Shown here piece after piece: positions 36,715-50,988 of a stretch of DNA of 64,000 nucleotides. A program made the position numbers and the translations under genes. The notes beneath the pieces were generated by a model, which was given only the letters and a program-made list of their open reading frames with translations, did not search any database and was not told where the DNA came from. Numbering within the stretch: position 1 is the first letter of the stretch; each line of letters opens with the position of its first letter. The stretch is from the NCBI GenBank assembly GCA_964035545.1, contig OZ037765.1, forward strand, positions 29,077,504 to 29,141,503, written 5' to 3'. This DNA is from Bugula neritina (Eukaryota; Animalia; Bryozoa).

Positions 36715-39700
36715 CTAAATTGGAGTAACAAAGTTTCCTGGGAAAGTTCCAAACAGTCCTGTACGGCCAGAAGTACCAACATACCAACCATCTGCACATT
36801 TCTCAATCACATGCACAATGTCTGCTTCTTTTAGTTCAAGTTCATCTTCATTCTTAGGTACATAGTTGTGCAAGCATTTGTATCTGTTAAAATATAAAAT
36901 ACTACAGTGAACTACAAAATACTACAATATATTACAATATAATATAAAATAATATAATATAATATATTACTATATTATATTCTAAAACTATTGGAGCCTA
37001 TATACTATACTATTTAATATATCATTATATGAGAGCATTGGCAAGTATTATAATGCAATAAAAAGACTGTAGATATTAACCCTATACAAATAATATATAT
37101 AAATTTGATAACAGTATCCCAGCGCTTTTACTGAAGCTTGGGTTACAGTCCTGAATATTATTATTATAAATATTTGAATTTTTTAAGTCATTAAGTCGAT
37201 CTTTAAAGTGATGCCACACAACAAAAAAAAAGTCTCTCTAGCTAGTTAATACTTATGTGGAAAAAATGTGACTGAAGATTTGATTGTTGTCATGGGTAAA
37301 ATAATTATAAAAAACTTACGAAGGCATTTCCAATCCTCTAAATGTATTGGTAGTATTATTTTGTATTTCAGTTTGATTTTCATCTAAAATAGACAAATAA
37401 TTTTTAGATTTATACATCTAAAAGTATGCACAGCACACACAGATTTAGATAGCACATGCCTGTGCTACTGTAATACACAACAAAGGCAATATTTTACCAA
37501 CAAAATGCACTTGAAAAAATACGAGGTGACAACTCCTAAAAGTACGTTTAATTTAGTTGGAACAATTTTGAAATGCAATAATTTCACAGAATTATGTATA
37601 AAACATGCAGATTCAGGAGTTGAGTTTAATTCCTGTTTTCTTGCTTAAAGTATATTTAGCATGAGAGTTTCTGAGACTTACAGGGGGGTAATCTTGACTT
37701 CTCCCCATCTTGACACTCCTCATTATTGTTGTTCGTGTCTTTACTATAAACGCCACTCTTTTCATAAAACACAAGGTCGGGCATATCATGTGTAGAAGTA
37801 GTAGATGTAGTAGTAAGCAGAGAATTGCTGTTTTGTTTACGATCATTATACATGCTGGTACTATATCGCTGCCGTGGGCTGCCACGGCTGTTATAGCTGC
37901 TGCTGCTGAGGTGTCTAGGACTGCTGCTAGGTACTGACATTGATCTGTTTATTAATGGAGGCAAACCATCACTCCCTTTTTCTATATAAAACAATCACTA
38001 CTAATTGTTACACATCATTACAGTAGGCTACACTACAGTGTGGCAATGCAGTCTGTATACTCTTATCATAATGATATACTATAGACCACCTTTATGCTGG
38101 TCTATATAACCACTAATTAACAGAATATTTTTGATGAAATAAGAATCTGATGCTAACAGAAAATCTTAAATTAATAACAAAGGAAAACATGAAAAGTTGT
38201 TTCTAATGTTGTAGATAAGATTTTGGCGTGAAGAAAATGTTGAGCTTGACATTTGTGCTCTGAAAATTTTGGAAAGAACATGAATAAAAATAAAGAAAAT
38301 CTTGGAGTTTGGTGCTCTAAAAAATTGCTATTTATACATACCGGGCTCACTGATAACTTGTACATAGGAGGCTGGAAATATTCCTGTCACCGCACTACCC
38401 TGTATTCTGCCCTCATACCAGTTCCTGTCAATGCGCCGTACCAGAGACACCTGCTCTCCCTGTCAAGTGATGTCAACAAAATAAGTTGCAGTGTATAATT
38501 TTGTGTTTACTTTTGCTTACTAAAACATTTATATGAAAGATGCAGGCAAATAATATTAACAGTATTTGTGTTAAACAGATGAAAATATAAGTTAACTTGT
38601 TGTTGAGATTTAAAAAAGAAATTTGGTTTCACAACACGACAAAAAAAGTAACACTCACTCGTTTCAGTGCCAATTCAGAGCCAGTTTGAGGGTTAAAATT
38701 GTATTTAGCCACTGCAGTTCCTTCTTTCAGCATAGGAGATGATGGACGAATAGGAGGTGAGGGTGAGAGACTTACCTCTCGTAAAATCTACAATAAAATT
38801 GTATGACACTGAGACTAAGTATGCAACTGTCATGTGCCTCTGTTAAGCACAACTTAAACTAGTAATGATTTTAGTGAAATAATGTGCAAGAATGCAACTG
38901 CTGGAGGCCTACAAAGCTGTAAAATATGTCATAATTGTTGCAGTCACATGTCAGGGTTTTCATCGAGAGAGTTGAAACAACACAAGCCAGCCACATGTAA
39001 GAGTCGCAGGTTTGCTTTAAGAGAATCTCAGATAAAATGTATCCCACCTGTACATATGACTACTACTCACCTGTACATATGACAACTACTCACCTGTACA
39101 TATGACTATTACTCACCTGCACATATGATACAGGTATTATTCCTCTCTCAGTGTCTTTGCTGGCTTCGTACCAGTTTGCATCGATTCTTCTTAGAATTAT
39201 TAACTGATCCCCTTTGTGGACAGACAACTCTCTATAATGAAACTATTATTTTGCAATGATTTACAATGTAGTTATTTATAAACTAATAATTAAAACATAG
39301 CACTTTTATTATAATTTTAGTTTAATACAGCTTTAAAAATTATTAAAATGTTTTTAAAACTTTTTCAATTCACTTCAGTTCAATCAGATTATTGGAGCAT
39401 GATGCGTGTAAAACATCTTTTGTTTATTATGTACTATCTGAAATGGATTGAAATATAAATGTGACGAAATAACCAACAGTAGTAGTCACATGTAAATATA
39501 ATATTAACCTGGGGTGACGGGCAGGGAAGTGATACAAAGCTTTAGCTGTGAGTCCACTGCATCCTGAGACAATAGAGCGGGGTGAGTTCAGACCAGACCC
39601 ACTGTAGTGAGCTGGTGAGTTTGGAGCTGAAGCCGCTATTTGAATATGTGATCTGTCATACCTATCGTAAGCTATGGGTGACTTTTCTTTTATGCTGCAA

Positions 39701-42700
39701 GTAACATGTAAACTATTAGTTGCAAAGAGCACTAAAATAAAATCACTTTGATGTGCAAGGCCATGTCCAACGAAAAATATGTTAACTAACTGTTTTAATA
39801 TATAGTTATATAATATAGTTTTATTTTTAAAAAAATCAAATATACTGAGCATAAATTTGAGCAAGCATTTGGTTATATAGTCATGGTGAATAATAAGTAA
39901 TCATTTCATCCAACAGGGCTCTGTGGATTAAGATTCAGTAGTTAAAGTGCTTATTTTTCAATACAAGGTGTGTTGACAACAACCTAGTTATTAAAGTATT
40001 ATAGTTATATTATCTATTATATACCTTCAGCTGGGAAATAAAATTCAGAGGTGAGTAGACAACTCTAATGTGATTTTTGCAAATATCTTTTGTTCCACTT
40101 ACAAAGTGCAGTTACTTAGCAATTTAAACTAAAAGCAAGATATGTGGTTATAAAATGGAACAACTTTGTTTCTAAAATTATTTGTAGATAGAATTTTGAT
40201 GTTGTTTTAGGCTTTAGATCTTCGAAGATTTTGGTATAAAAACAGCCATATTTCAGAAAACACATAGTTTCTAATTTGTTAACGCAGTACAGTCAAACAT
40301 GTATTGTTGAATATTTAGTTGAAGCAAAAAAAAAATTTTTTTTTAGCTTTATATAATTAATTACATGAATGCACTATTTTGAGCATTGCGTGTAACTTCA
40401 TATTTGGTCAACAAAGACAAGATTCTGCACTCATCATGAAATTTCTGAAATAGTAACTAACGTGAAATAATCAGAATGCCTTCTTGCTCTCCTTTGTGCT
40501 TCTTCTTCAACTGCTTTTTTTCTTTTCTCATCTTTTTCTATCTTACTCTACAAATAAATTAGTATTTCCCGTAACCAAGTATTACCTCACACATACAAGA
40601 GCACCCCTACAGCTACAGCAATTCATTCAATCTATTTGAAAAAATCATAATTTAACAGGCGACAAGTAAAGATACACTGATAAATATAGTGTATTGGTAT
40701 TACCTAAGAAATATATTTAAACTCAATGGTGGACAAAGTCTTTAAATTATTATGCATATGCATAAAAGTTCATCAGCAAGTTTTATTTTGTCAGCACATA
40801 ATGTATAGATAATATTAGTTAATATTTTTTGTCAATTTTTCTATTTCATGCAATGGCTATAGTTCTAACCATAATAAAACGTTACATTAAAGCATGTTAT
40901 TGTGAGAAAGGCAATTAAATAATGTGAATATAGGAGCTTAAATTTGCTATTAAAATTTAACAATAAAAACACTGAATGGCTTTACCAGGAGTTCCCTTCT
41001 CTTGGCATCTGATATGTCTTTCTGGATCCTGGAAACAGGCACTGGGTCTCTGTTGTACCCTGCTACAGGACTCGGTATCTTTCTCGGTACTTCTACAGGA
41101 TTAAATGTTGATTTTAATTCTTTCAAAACCCACTTTGTTGAGCAAACTTCACAATTCAAATTGAAGCAAAAATAGAATACAATTCTGAATTGTCTTTTAA
41201 ATTTATAGTATACAACAGTTTAAACATTAAAATATTGTGTGTTTTCAAAACAATATTCTATTGAGGTGACTGAAATTGTGTAGATGTTATTGCACATGTT
41301 GCAACATATGACACACCTAGCTACTGTAGTAGTTACTGTAGAGGTTATTGTAAGTGCTTTAGTATATTATGTTATAGTTAAATTATTGCTTGTTTATGTA
41401 TAGATTATTGAAGCAGTTGAAGTTAATGCTTTGTGAAAACACACACCAAACAACAGCTGAAGTGTTTTCAGAAATAAACAGCTTACAATTTTTGAGATAA
41501 GATTATACAAAACTCTCGATAAAAGCTCAACAAGCTAAAATATATTTTTAATACTAACAAATTTTTTTTATTGTAATTGAATTAATTGCTAAGTCACTTT
41601 GTTAGATATAGCAAAGGCTGTTTAGTGTATTGTAAGTTGGTGATTTAGTAGCTCTCAGTTGCACTCTCATCTCTTTCAAAATCTCTAACCTGTCAATTCA
41701 CTTTTTACTGGCGACCAATCATGCGAAGTTTTACATTTCTTGGTTATATTTTCTGTTTGCCTGCTGACCCTGTCTTCAGAAGAAGCCAAAATAATGAGAG
41801 TATTTTTGTTGCTTGACTTCTTACTTCTTGCGGCACATTTTGAATTTGAGGACAAACTTATAGCTGAGAATTTATTTTTACTTAAAGATTTTTTAGCATT
41901 TCTGCTATTTGATTGGCTGGCTGAAAAAGTTTTACTGGCTGCTGATTGGTGAATTGATTGAACAACTGCTGACCTATTGCCTGATTGGCTAATTAACCGT
42001 TGTTGATATGCTGTGCCTGTTGCCGATCTACTACATGATTGGCTGGCCATTGGCCAATCACACAATTGATTGACATTGGCTTGACTTCTCAAGGTAATTG
42101 ACCTTTTGGATGACCCGAGCTCATAAGAATGCCTGCAGCTTGTCGAATGAGAAGATTGATGCTTTGAGCCGAAGCCAGAATTACCATTTCTCACAGAGTT
42201 TCTCTGAACAATGTTAGCCAGTATAAGGGGTGATGAGTGTGTGTCCCGTTTTGTTCTCTGGTCTTCTGCCGTTGATTCTAGATTGTTAAAGTGACACCCT
42301 TGAAGTTCTAGATGCTTCTTTCTGCTACATTGCTCAACATTGAACGTAGGTAGAGGAGTAGAAGTAGAGAAAAACTCCTGCTGGGTTGTGGGTGTTGATG
42401 GACAGCTGTGTACTTTCTTGACTGATTTGTAAGTACAAGAAACAGCTGGCAAATAACAGAGAGCAATTATGTATTTGCAAATGTAAAGCCACATATTTAA
42501 CTGTCATAAAAGCAACTGCGAAAATATCAGGTTTATTTCTAATTTGAGATATCAAACAATGTATCACTTCTTAACTGCATGATTTTTAAGGCAACTGACT
42601 TCTAAAGTGCATAGAAGTTATTATATTGATAACTAAATTGGCAAATGTAGAGAATTTCCCTAAAGACTTGCTCTTTTTCTTGAACAATGTTGAAGATAAA

Positions 42701-45700
42701 AGGGCGACAAACATTACAACGTAACAGTTCGATGTGCATAATAATGCAGACACTAATAATAGTTGCTACAGCAGACTATCAGCCAGTTGTCTGCTGATAC
42801 AACTGCAAGCATGTTTCACTCACATGTAGCCCAAGGTCAAAGCATGCACAATAAATGAGTTTAAATTGCATAATCACTGTTTAGCTATTTATTGTTAGTT
42901 CATTGACTTTACCAGTTCTTGATTATATCAGGAATTGTACTTCATGAATTTATGTTATAACTACTTTTGAGTATCTTTACATGAATTTTTGAATATAAAC
43001 ATAACATATTATTTGAAAGTTATGAACATTGTTATAGTTAATATTTAACTGCTACAGAAAATTTTTAAGTATATGTTGCGAAAATTTGTTTATGTTATTT
43101 GTCTGCCCTTTATTGCTACTAGAATACAAATAGTCATCATCTCTTTCTTAGATACTAGATACAAGTAAGTGAGCAAGTAATTAGGTTAGCAATCATCAAG
43201 ACTAACAACTTATCTCATGGCCTTCCAGGGGTTCTAATGCGAATATAATATATTTAGCATGCAATTCCAATAATAATAAGGGAGGACAACTTCAGTATTG
43301 TGCAACCTTTACTATAAAGCATCCATATATAAAATTTTATGTGACAATACGGATGAGCATATGTGTTTATGTATGTATGTGCATGTATGTGCATGTATGT
43401 GCATGTATGTGCGCATGTGCGCATGTGTGTGCATGTGTGTGCATGTGTGTGCATGTGTATGTATGTGTGTGTATGTATGTGTGTGTATGTATGTGTGTGC
43501 GACTGTGCGTGTTTGTGTGTGTTTAATAAAATGTGTTATTCTATATTTACTATGACGTAGATTGTATTTACTCTAATACATTATATATATACTCTGACAC
43601 ATTATCCTATCATACCAGGTTTAGGAGGTGGAGAGAGTGGGGCTGGTTTCCTTAGACCGCTGAAAGGGATTTCCCCTCCACGTTGGATTTCCCTGTACTG
43701 GGTGCTCGGAGAGGAGAGACTTCTGGTTGACCCTGCAGAGCTTTTAGGGGTGTGTGAGCCAGTAGACGAGGAGAAGGGGTTGTCAGGGGATACAAATGTG
43801 TCCACTGACAGCTGTCCAGAGACATTGGCGGATCTGAAACATCACACACATATTGTTGTTATATATAGGATAGTATGATATATGGTAGCATGTGATAATA
43901 GATCATTATATAGCCATTATAATAACATTGCTGTTTTATGGTGCATTGCATAAGCAAACTGCTGTTGAATTATTTTCACGTAATACAAAAGTAGTAATTG
44001 ATAATACTATATAGTAATATGTAACATATAGTAATAATTGATATATGGTAAGAAGTAATATATAGCACCAAGTATCATATAATAATATGTAATATATGGT
44101 AACATGTAGCATATAATAATGAGTAATATATACAGATGGCTATAGTCAATTTAATTATTTTCTTTACCTTCAACAGCGCTTAGCATAATTTCAACAAACA
44201 CAAAGTCAAATGTCACTTATTGCTTTGGTAGAAGCACACTTACAAATAATGAAAGGACAACAAAATAATGTTGGTATAGGTTTCAGTGAAACACTTTCAA
44301 TAATTATGCATAAAATTAGAAACTTTATGATTTCAATCTACACAAATTTGAGAAACTTAAAGTATCTTTGTTTAGGTACACAATAAGACACTTACTTTCG
44401 AGGAGAATTTTTAAAATACAAAGTGGTGAGCATGTGACTAGAATACAGTATGCCGTGATTTGGTAACTCACAAGAAATATTCTAACAGAGGTGTGTAACT
44501 TACAGTTTGTGTGAATGTAGCATAAAGTCAGCTAGGCATATATTCAATCAATACTGATTTAATTCCTAACAAGTGACTATGTATGCAAATATACTCTGCC
44601 TCAAGTTATTGATTCCCATCTCAATTCTCATTATGATGTAATCTTAACTTAGAGATGTGTGCCAATCAATGAGTGTTGTAAGTGTTTCACGCGTGAAATC
44701 AAAGAAAACATAGTAAGACTTATTATTAATTTTCCATTTCTTATTATCTCCATTTATACTCAGAATAATGAGTATTATGGAGAGTATGTCTGAGTGACAG
44801 GTCACTGTGGGAGTTGTCTGATGTCAATAAACCTTAAAATAGATCCTTATACAAACTAATGGAGTTGGATCTAGCACAAGCTAAACACTATAAGCTTTAT
44901 TTTTAGTTGCTACACTATTATTATTTTTTCAGTAGAATATTAATCTGTACATGATGAGATACATTATCAGTATTACGTAAATGTAAATGCTGTTCTACCG
45001 TTTTGAAACTTTAGCTTGAATGAATGTTATAAGAAGCATGAATGTACCAGTATTGATCAAACGGCCTTATAAGAAGTATTAGCATTTTTACACTTGAAAT
45101 GATTTTAAAATCGCTTTAACTGGGTATAGCATCGCACAGAAATAATCACATTTTGCCCAAATACACACACATTCGTGAAAATAGAAATGCTAAAAACCAA
45201 TGTTGATATAGAGCCTTTAAAATACTATAATAAAAAAATAAATGTTGACAGCTTACCTAATATTAGAGTAAGATCCAGTAGGCCAATGGGTGTCCACCAC
45301 ATCGGCTAGCATCATGCTCTACAATGGAGTTAGAGTTACTAAGAGAGAAAACTAAGACTGGGAAATGATGAAAACTCAAACTAAAAGCACTCTATCACTA
45401 GTAAATATTCTGGACATTAAAAACTTTTATGTCTAATGAGCTGAATAGCAGATGTTAAGTTGTGAGATAGTATTAATAGCAGTAATTATGCACCAAGCAT
45501 ATGATTGGCCGAGGTTATTGATAAGGTTTGACAAAGGAAATGTAACATATGGGTAAAGTAAATAGAATACACATTAGTTGCAGTCCATTAGTGCAGCATG
45601 TTCACAACAATGGCACTATATCTCACAAAACTGTCTCAAACCATAATTTTACTCACAAAACTTTTGTTAATTTTCAATATCTCATAACATTTCAGAGTTT

Positions 45701-48700
45701 TAATGGAGAGTTAAAAGCTTAAACTTTACAATATAAAGCGACTACGGCAACAGATCAATATTGAAAGCATTTTAGTTGATAGCTTTAGCTCTGTAAGCTA
45801 TAGTGGTAATGGTAGCTTGCAGTATGTAAATCTACATCTATTTCAGAATAACTAGATTTGACCCTAATGGCTAATCAAATTTTGAAAGCCTATATCTGCA
45901 ATTCAACACTGATATAGAGAAGTAAAAGAATATTAACTTATAAATAGCAATAAAATCCTTTTTAAAATTGCTTATCACTCAACACCAACATAAATCTATA
46001 GTGACTTTTGCTGCTGTCATCTTACACTGACGGTGTCACCAGCTGCATGGGGTGGCTGCTTTTCACTTGGCTGAATTATTTCGGATACGATTGGCTTTCT
46101 TCTTGTAGTGAGAGCGTCTTCATTTTCTTCCTTACCTTTAGTATGTGGACCAGGGGAAGTTGGAGGAATTACTGTACATATATAAAACTCTACTAGAAAT
46201 GCAGGTAATTATAAAATACACATAAGCCAAAAGCTTAAAAATTGTCTTCTCATGAATAGATTGATAAGACAGTATTTGTATGAAATTAAGGAAATAAAAT
46301 CAACTGTTCAATGATTTCAAACCACGTTTTTAAATACTTTGTGAACATTTTATATTTTATTTTTTATTCATATTTTATTGTTATCTACCAAAGTACATAA
46401 AATATGATGCCCTATATATGATTTCCTTGCTAACTATAACTTATTTATCATTCATATAACTGCTATAAATAACTCATCTTCTAGTTTGTAATAGCTATCA
46501 AGTGTATTTGTAACTATCCATTTTGGTGTTTGTACTTACATGGTGCTGAACTGGATTGGGAAAGTTTTCTGTGTATCTCTTTGTATAGACCAATTCCAGG
46601 TTCCTACAAGAAAACAACTTCTGTTACACAGCAAAATATTATCATTCAACATCATGTTTTATGTTCAGTACATATTCTAGAGTCTATAGAATATATATTT
46701 TATAATAGAAAAGCAGTTGAAAAGCTTCTTTATAGGTCAAGGACTAATATATATAGGTCAAGGAAAGACTGAGTACCCAACTAGACATGTTTATGCATGC
46801 GTGATGGAGATTGGCTGGAGTCACTCAAGCATATGACTATAAGCTATTCAAAGCTACTATCCACTTGCAATATATTATTATTGTTGCTAATAACTGATAA
46901 TCATTACCTTCCTTTATACACCATAAATTTAAACTGTTTTAAATAGAAAGTTTTCAATCACCTCACTTTTGTTGACAACTATAAAGACCTAGTAATACAA
47001 TACTTACAAATATAATGCATGAAAATTCTATTAATTTGTAGGAAAAAGCTATGCGTACCTTAGCAGGTGCACATTTATGAGAATCTTTTGTTATACTGGA
47101 GTTGCTTACTCTTGTATTTGCTGATTCAGAGTTACTTCCTCCATCTGTTGGCTTAGTGGCCACCAGAACGAATTCTTGTGTGTGCTTGTAACCTCCTTTT
47201 ATCTTGTCACTAGTGCCTATGTAAAGAGCTCCTTTTGGTAGTTCACCAGCTGAAATGGTAAAATTAATTAATAACGTATTCCAAATTCCAAGTTCAAGCT
47301 TTTTATCACCTACTATAGCAACTTCCCAATTATAAAGGGAAATAAAGGTGTAGAAATCTGATCCATGAAAACTAATAAGTTTAGCGAAAATATTGCATGC
47401 ACGAGACTTTAAAGTTACATATGGCAGCATAACAAATCGTGCAGCAGGGAATGTTTATGGCTGAAGTTTGACTGTGAAAACTAAGGTTAATTAATTTTTA
47501 TAAATATTTATAAAAAAAACCCCCAAACAAATTTTTAGTAAAATTTGATAATTATAGCCAGTTTTTCAATAATTAAACATAAATCAAGTTCAGATATTGA
47601 GCTCTAAATTTTCTATGATATATCTAATAGTTGCAAGCAAAGGGTATTGTGGGGCTCAGCACTGACAAGCAAAGGTGTTGGGTAACATAAATAGTAATGA
47701 AAAATACACCTTGTGAATAATTCACTGTCTTACTAACGAGAGATAATATTAAGTTTATCTGCACTTAGCAGGAGCAGATAAATCATAATAATATATAGGC
47801 CTATTATAGTTTACAAACTTTAGTGCTTAATAATTAATAAAAATGCCATGCAATGTAATACAACACAAAACTGTACAATTGCATAAGCATTTAAAATGCA
47901 ATTTGCAGAGGTAGGCTGTAATAAAACAGTAATGAAATAGCAACAGGAATTGAGGAAATTTCTTAAATAAAATAACATTTTGACAAATAAAATAGAATAT
48001 CGCTTGAAGCAGCACTGAGTTGGAAGTGACTGAGTGTTTGGAGTTAGGGGTTTGGAGTGTGAACAATGGTATGTATACAAATACTTTACTCAGTTACCGT
48101 CAAATATATGCTGCTTTCAGCTATATAAGATAAAATTGAGGGAAACTTAACTGCAGTGCAATCTGGCATATAGCATACAGATAAAAAACAAGGTGAATAA
48201 AAAAGGGAATAACTTCTAATAAATTAACAATTGTCTTACCGCAGCACAATGCTGGGCCTGCCAGGCATTCCTTAATCCTATGCATGCTTTCAGGGGAAAC
48301 ACTAGTGGCTACGTTCTCGCTACTATAACTAACATCTGAAATATAAACTCTAAGACTAGCACATTCACATGCAGACTAGCAAGAGCTGAAGCAGCCAAGC
48401 AGTAAGGTTTAGGAGAGGAGTTGTCTGTTCAGAATCTCACAAGGGAAAAGCAAATATAAAGCTGAAAAATGGCTTTTACAACAGTGTTAAAAATTGCTAT
48501 GACATGTGGTAGTGAATAAAATTTATTGGACATGCATTAATTGCCTGACGCTTACAATACCAAAATATTGAAATTTTGGGTAAACAACTCTAAATTAAAA
48601 TTATTTGAATAAATATGTTTGTAATTAACAGATTCAAAAACGAAAATAGCTTAACTCAATTTTGAATAGCATTGAGTTAGTTGTATCGATATCGAAGTAC

Positions 48701-50988
48701 CCAAAAATAAAATGTTTTTACAAGAATTATCTAGCTTTTTATTGTTACAAAGCATATATTTAAATATACAATTATAGTTTATAATAGAATATTATTATTC
48801 TAGAATCTAGAGCAATGTCTAATTTCTGCTTGCAACATTTTATTCTTAATAAATGGAATTACTTTTAAAGCCGCATTTCTCTAAAGCTTTTACACTTTGT
48901 TATTCAGGCAGTTATCGGGATAGCAAATTTCAAATATAATTATTTTCAAAACTTTTTCTCAAGTGCCCAGCAACCTCAGATAACTTTTGCAAATCGTTAG
49001 ACAATTTCGTCAAAAACCAAATATAAAACATTACAAATTGCATGCACCTCAGCCATAGCATTAGTGTCACTGGATTTTTAGAGTTATTCAGCATGCATCT
49101 TGCTAATTAAGCAGATCTAGTTTGGTCACATTGAATAAAACCACAGTATATAGTATATACTATATAGTGCATTTTTTTATACAGCATAACAATATAGTAT
49201 AACTAATACAGCGTAAAAGCTGAGCTAAATACGTGGCATATAATAACTTATAATCAATAATAGAAAGGTCAATGAATAAGTCAACATCTGCTGTTCCTAA
49301 TTTAGCTGAGTTGATTTCCCTACGGAATAACAGACATTATGGAGCACATGCTATCTGGCTAATTATAATTGAAACAGAAGAGAATGTTCTAATAGTAAAA
49401 TATGACAATTGTTCTACAACTACGTTGCTTATTGGATGGAACTAATAAGAACCACTTATTTAAATCTATTTATTTCTCAATTTAATATCTATTGTGTTAT
49501 TTAATTTATTTCAATAACATATTTAAAACACAATTTTTATGCAATATTGTTTGTTTTTTTTCTTTTTTAAAAATAAACAAAACAAAAAATTTTAAATAAT
49601 CTTACCACGAGATTTTTGAAGAAGTGTGACTTCTGGTAGCTGAGGCTTAGGCAGAACTTGAGGTGGTAGGTTGGTGAGGGTTAGCGTCTCCTCATCAACT
49701 TCTACTGGAGATCTCAGGCTATAAGACTTGTTGTTCTGCAATATTCAATATACACTGTTAAGAGTGACAAAGTTGAAAATGAAGAGACCATGGAAAGATA
49801 AATTTAAAAGTGGGTTTAAGGTTTTAAGAGCCAAGCCTGTATTAAAGAAATATTGTTGTGGGAAAAAGGAGAAAGAAGGGGCTTATTTTATAAGGAAACC
49901 CGCCAAATAATAATTGTATTTTCAACTCAGAGGTAATTTTAAGGTTTATTTTCATAACCTTTTGTAATGCAAAGTTATTACATCACTGTTTTTTTATACT
50001 TCTAACACTAACTGTGTATAGTCTTTTTTATAGAAATCCGTATTTGTTATGCTAAAACACATTTTTAGTGCTAAGTTTGATGCTTGCCTAGCATTGCGTA
50101 TGTGATACTATAGCCTGATGGTTTAATCCTACAAGAGTTGTTGCTTATATTTATAGAAAGGGCTTCCAGTCAAAATTGTTTCTGCACTAACCTAAAGTCC
50201 TTAAGCTATATTTCCAGCATGTTTTGAGGCAAGAGAAGCCTGTGGCACTAAAAAGCAGATTTCACCAAGTGTTCACAGGGAATGCGGCTATAATTAAATG
50301 TAAACTAGTTATTCCTTTACCATAATATTTGGCTATTACAAAATACCAATTCTGTTGTATTTGAGTGCACTAAAGTTCAATGTATTGTTGTTTGTTCAAA
50401 ACTTGGATACGTAGCTATAGACTGCCAACCCAATAATGTTCAAAACTTTACTATGTTTATCATAACTACTACAAATAATAATTACATATATTAGAATATT
50501 GCAGCTAGCCAACTAAATATAGAGCTGTGCTTGAGAATTAGAAAACATTTTAGTTCATGGAGTTTCAATTAATTAAGAAGCTAGTTTTAGCTTTGAGACA
50601 ATCAAATTTTTACATAATATATATAGACTGTTTGAAGCGCCCAGTTACTTTCTATGCATTTGTTTTCACTGTGATCAGCTGTTTGATATTATTATAGCAT
50701 GCAGCATATTGTAGCTGTCATATGTTGTAGCTTTTATTTCCAGTTCCCTTCAATTGTTCTGCATGCTCTTAGGATAAAAACTAGTAGTGTGCCTACATTT
50801 AATTTGTAATAACATGGAGGATTATAATTACCCCATATACTATGCAGAAATTGCTGAAGTCTAAGTCTACTTTTTTAAACTTACGTTGTGAGAGTAATCT
50901 TTGGGTGAGTCTACAGTAAGGTCATCAGTAGCTGCCAACTCAGTCTTTGTGATGAGTCCATCATAAGGGAAAGCTGGTTCACTCACCG
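36715..50988 (-). CDS. SORBS1: SORBS/CAP/vinexin-family adaptor with three C-terminal SH3 domains (5' end unresolved)
   Basis: Eighteen phase-consistent exons: 50988-50885, 49735-49606, 48335-48240, 47249-47059, 46603-46540, 46171-46026, 45318-45257, 43833-43616, 42445-41690, 41119-40986, 40547-40462, 39694-39509, 39231-39117, 38787-38659, 38459-38342, 37981-37682, 37383-37320 and 36883-36715. SH3-1 reads AKALYHF...[11 protein letters not shown]3-2 reads AVAKYNF...[12 protein letters not shown], and SH3-3 reads [17 protein letters not shown]...[26 protein letters not shown]. The symbol denotes the family (likely co-orthologous to SORBS1/2/3). Confidence 0.88.
39043..39128 (-). repeat. 23-bp tandem repeat made of a SORBS exon end plus its 5' splice site (4 donors)
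   Basis: Minus-strand unit tcatatgtacag|gtgagtagtag, with donor G at 39116, 39093, 39070 and 39047. Confidence 0.9.
43368..43522. repeat. (TG)-rich compound microsatellite (gcatgtRtgt)n
   Basis: Directly visible. It explains the CVCM/HTHA ORFs. Confidence 0.92.
48006..48118. mobile_element. Degenerate relative of the 29861-30028 foldback element
   Basis: It begins gaagcagcac, ends tgctgctttc, has inner inverted gtgactgagt/actcagttac, and shares the gttaggggtttggagtg core. Confidence 0.45.

Noticed and set aside
43254-43560. Four Cys/His-rich ORFs resembling metallothionein
   Set aside because: They arise from a TG-rich microsatellite in a SORBS intron.
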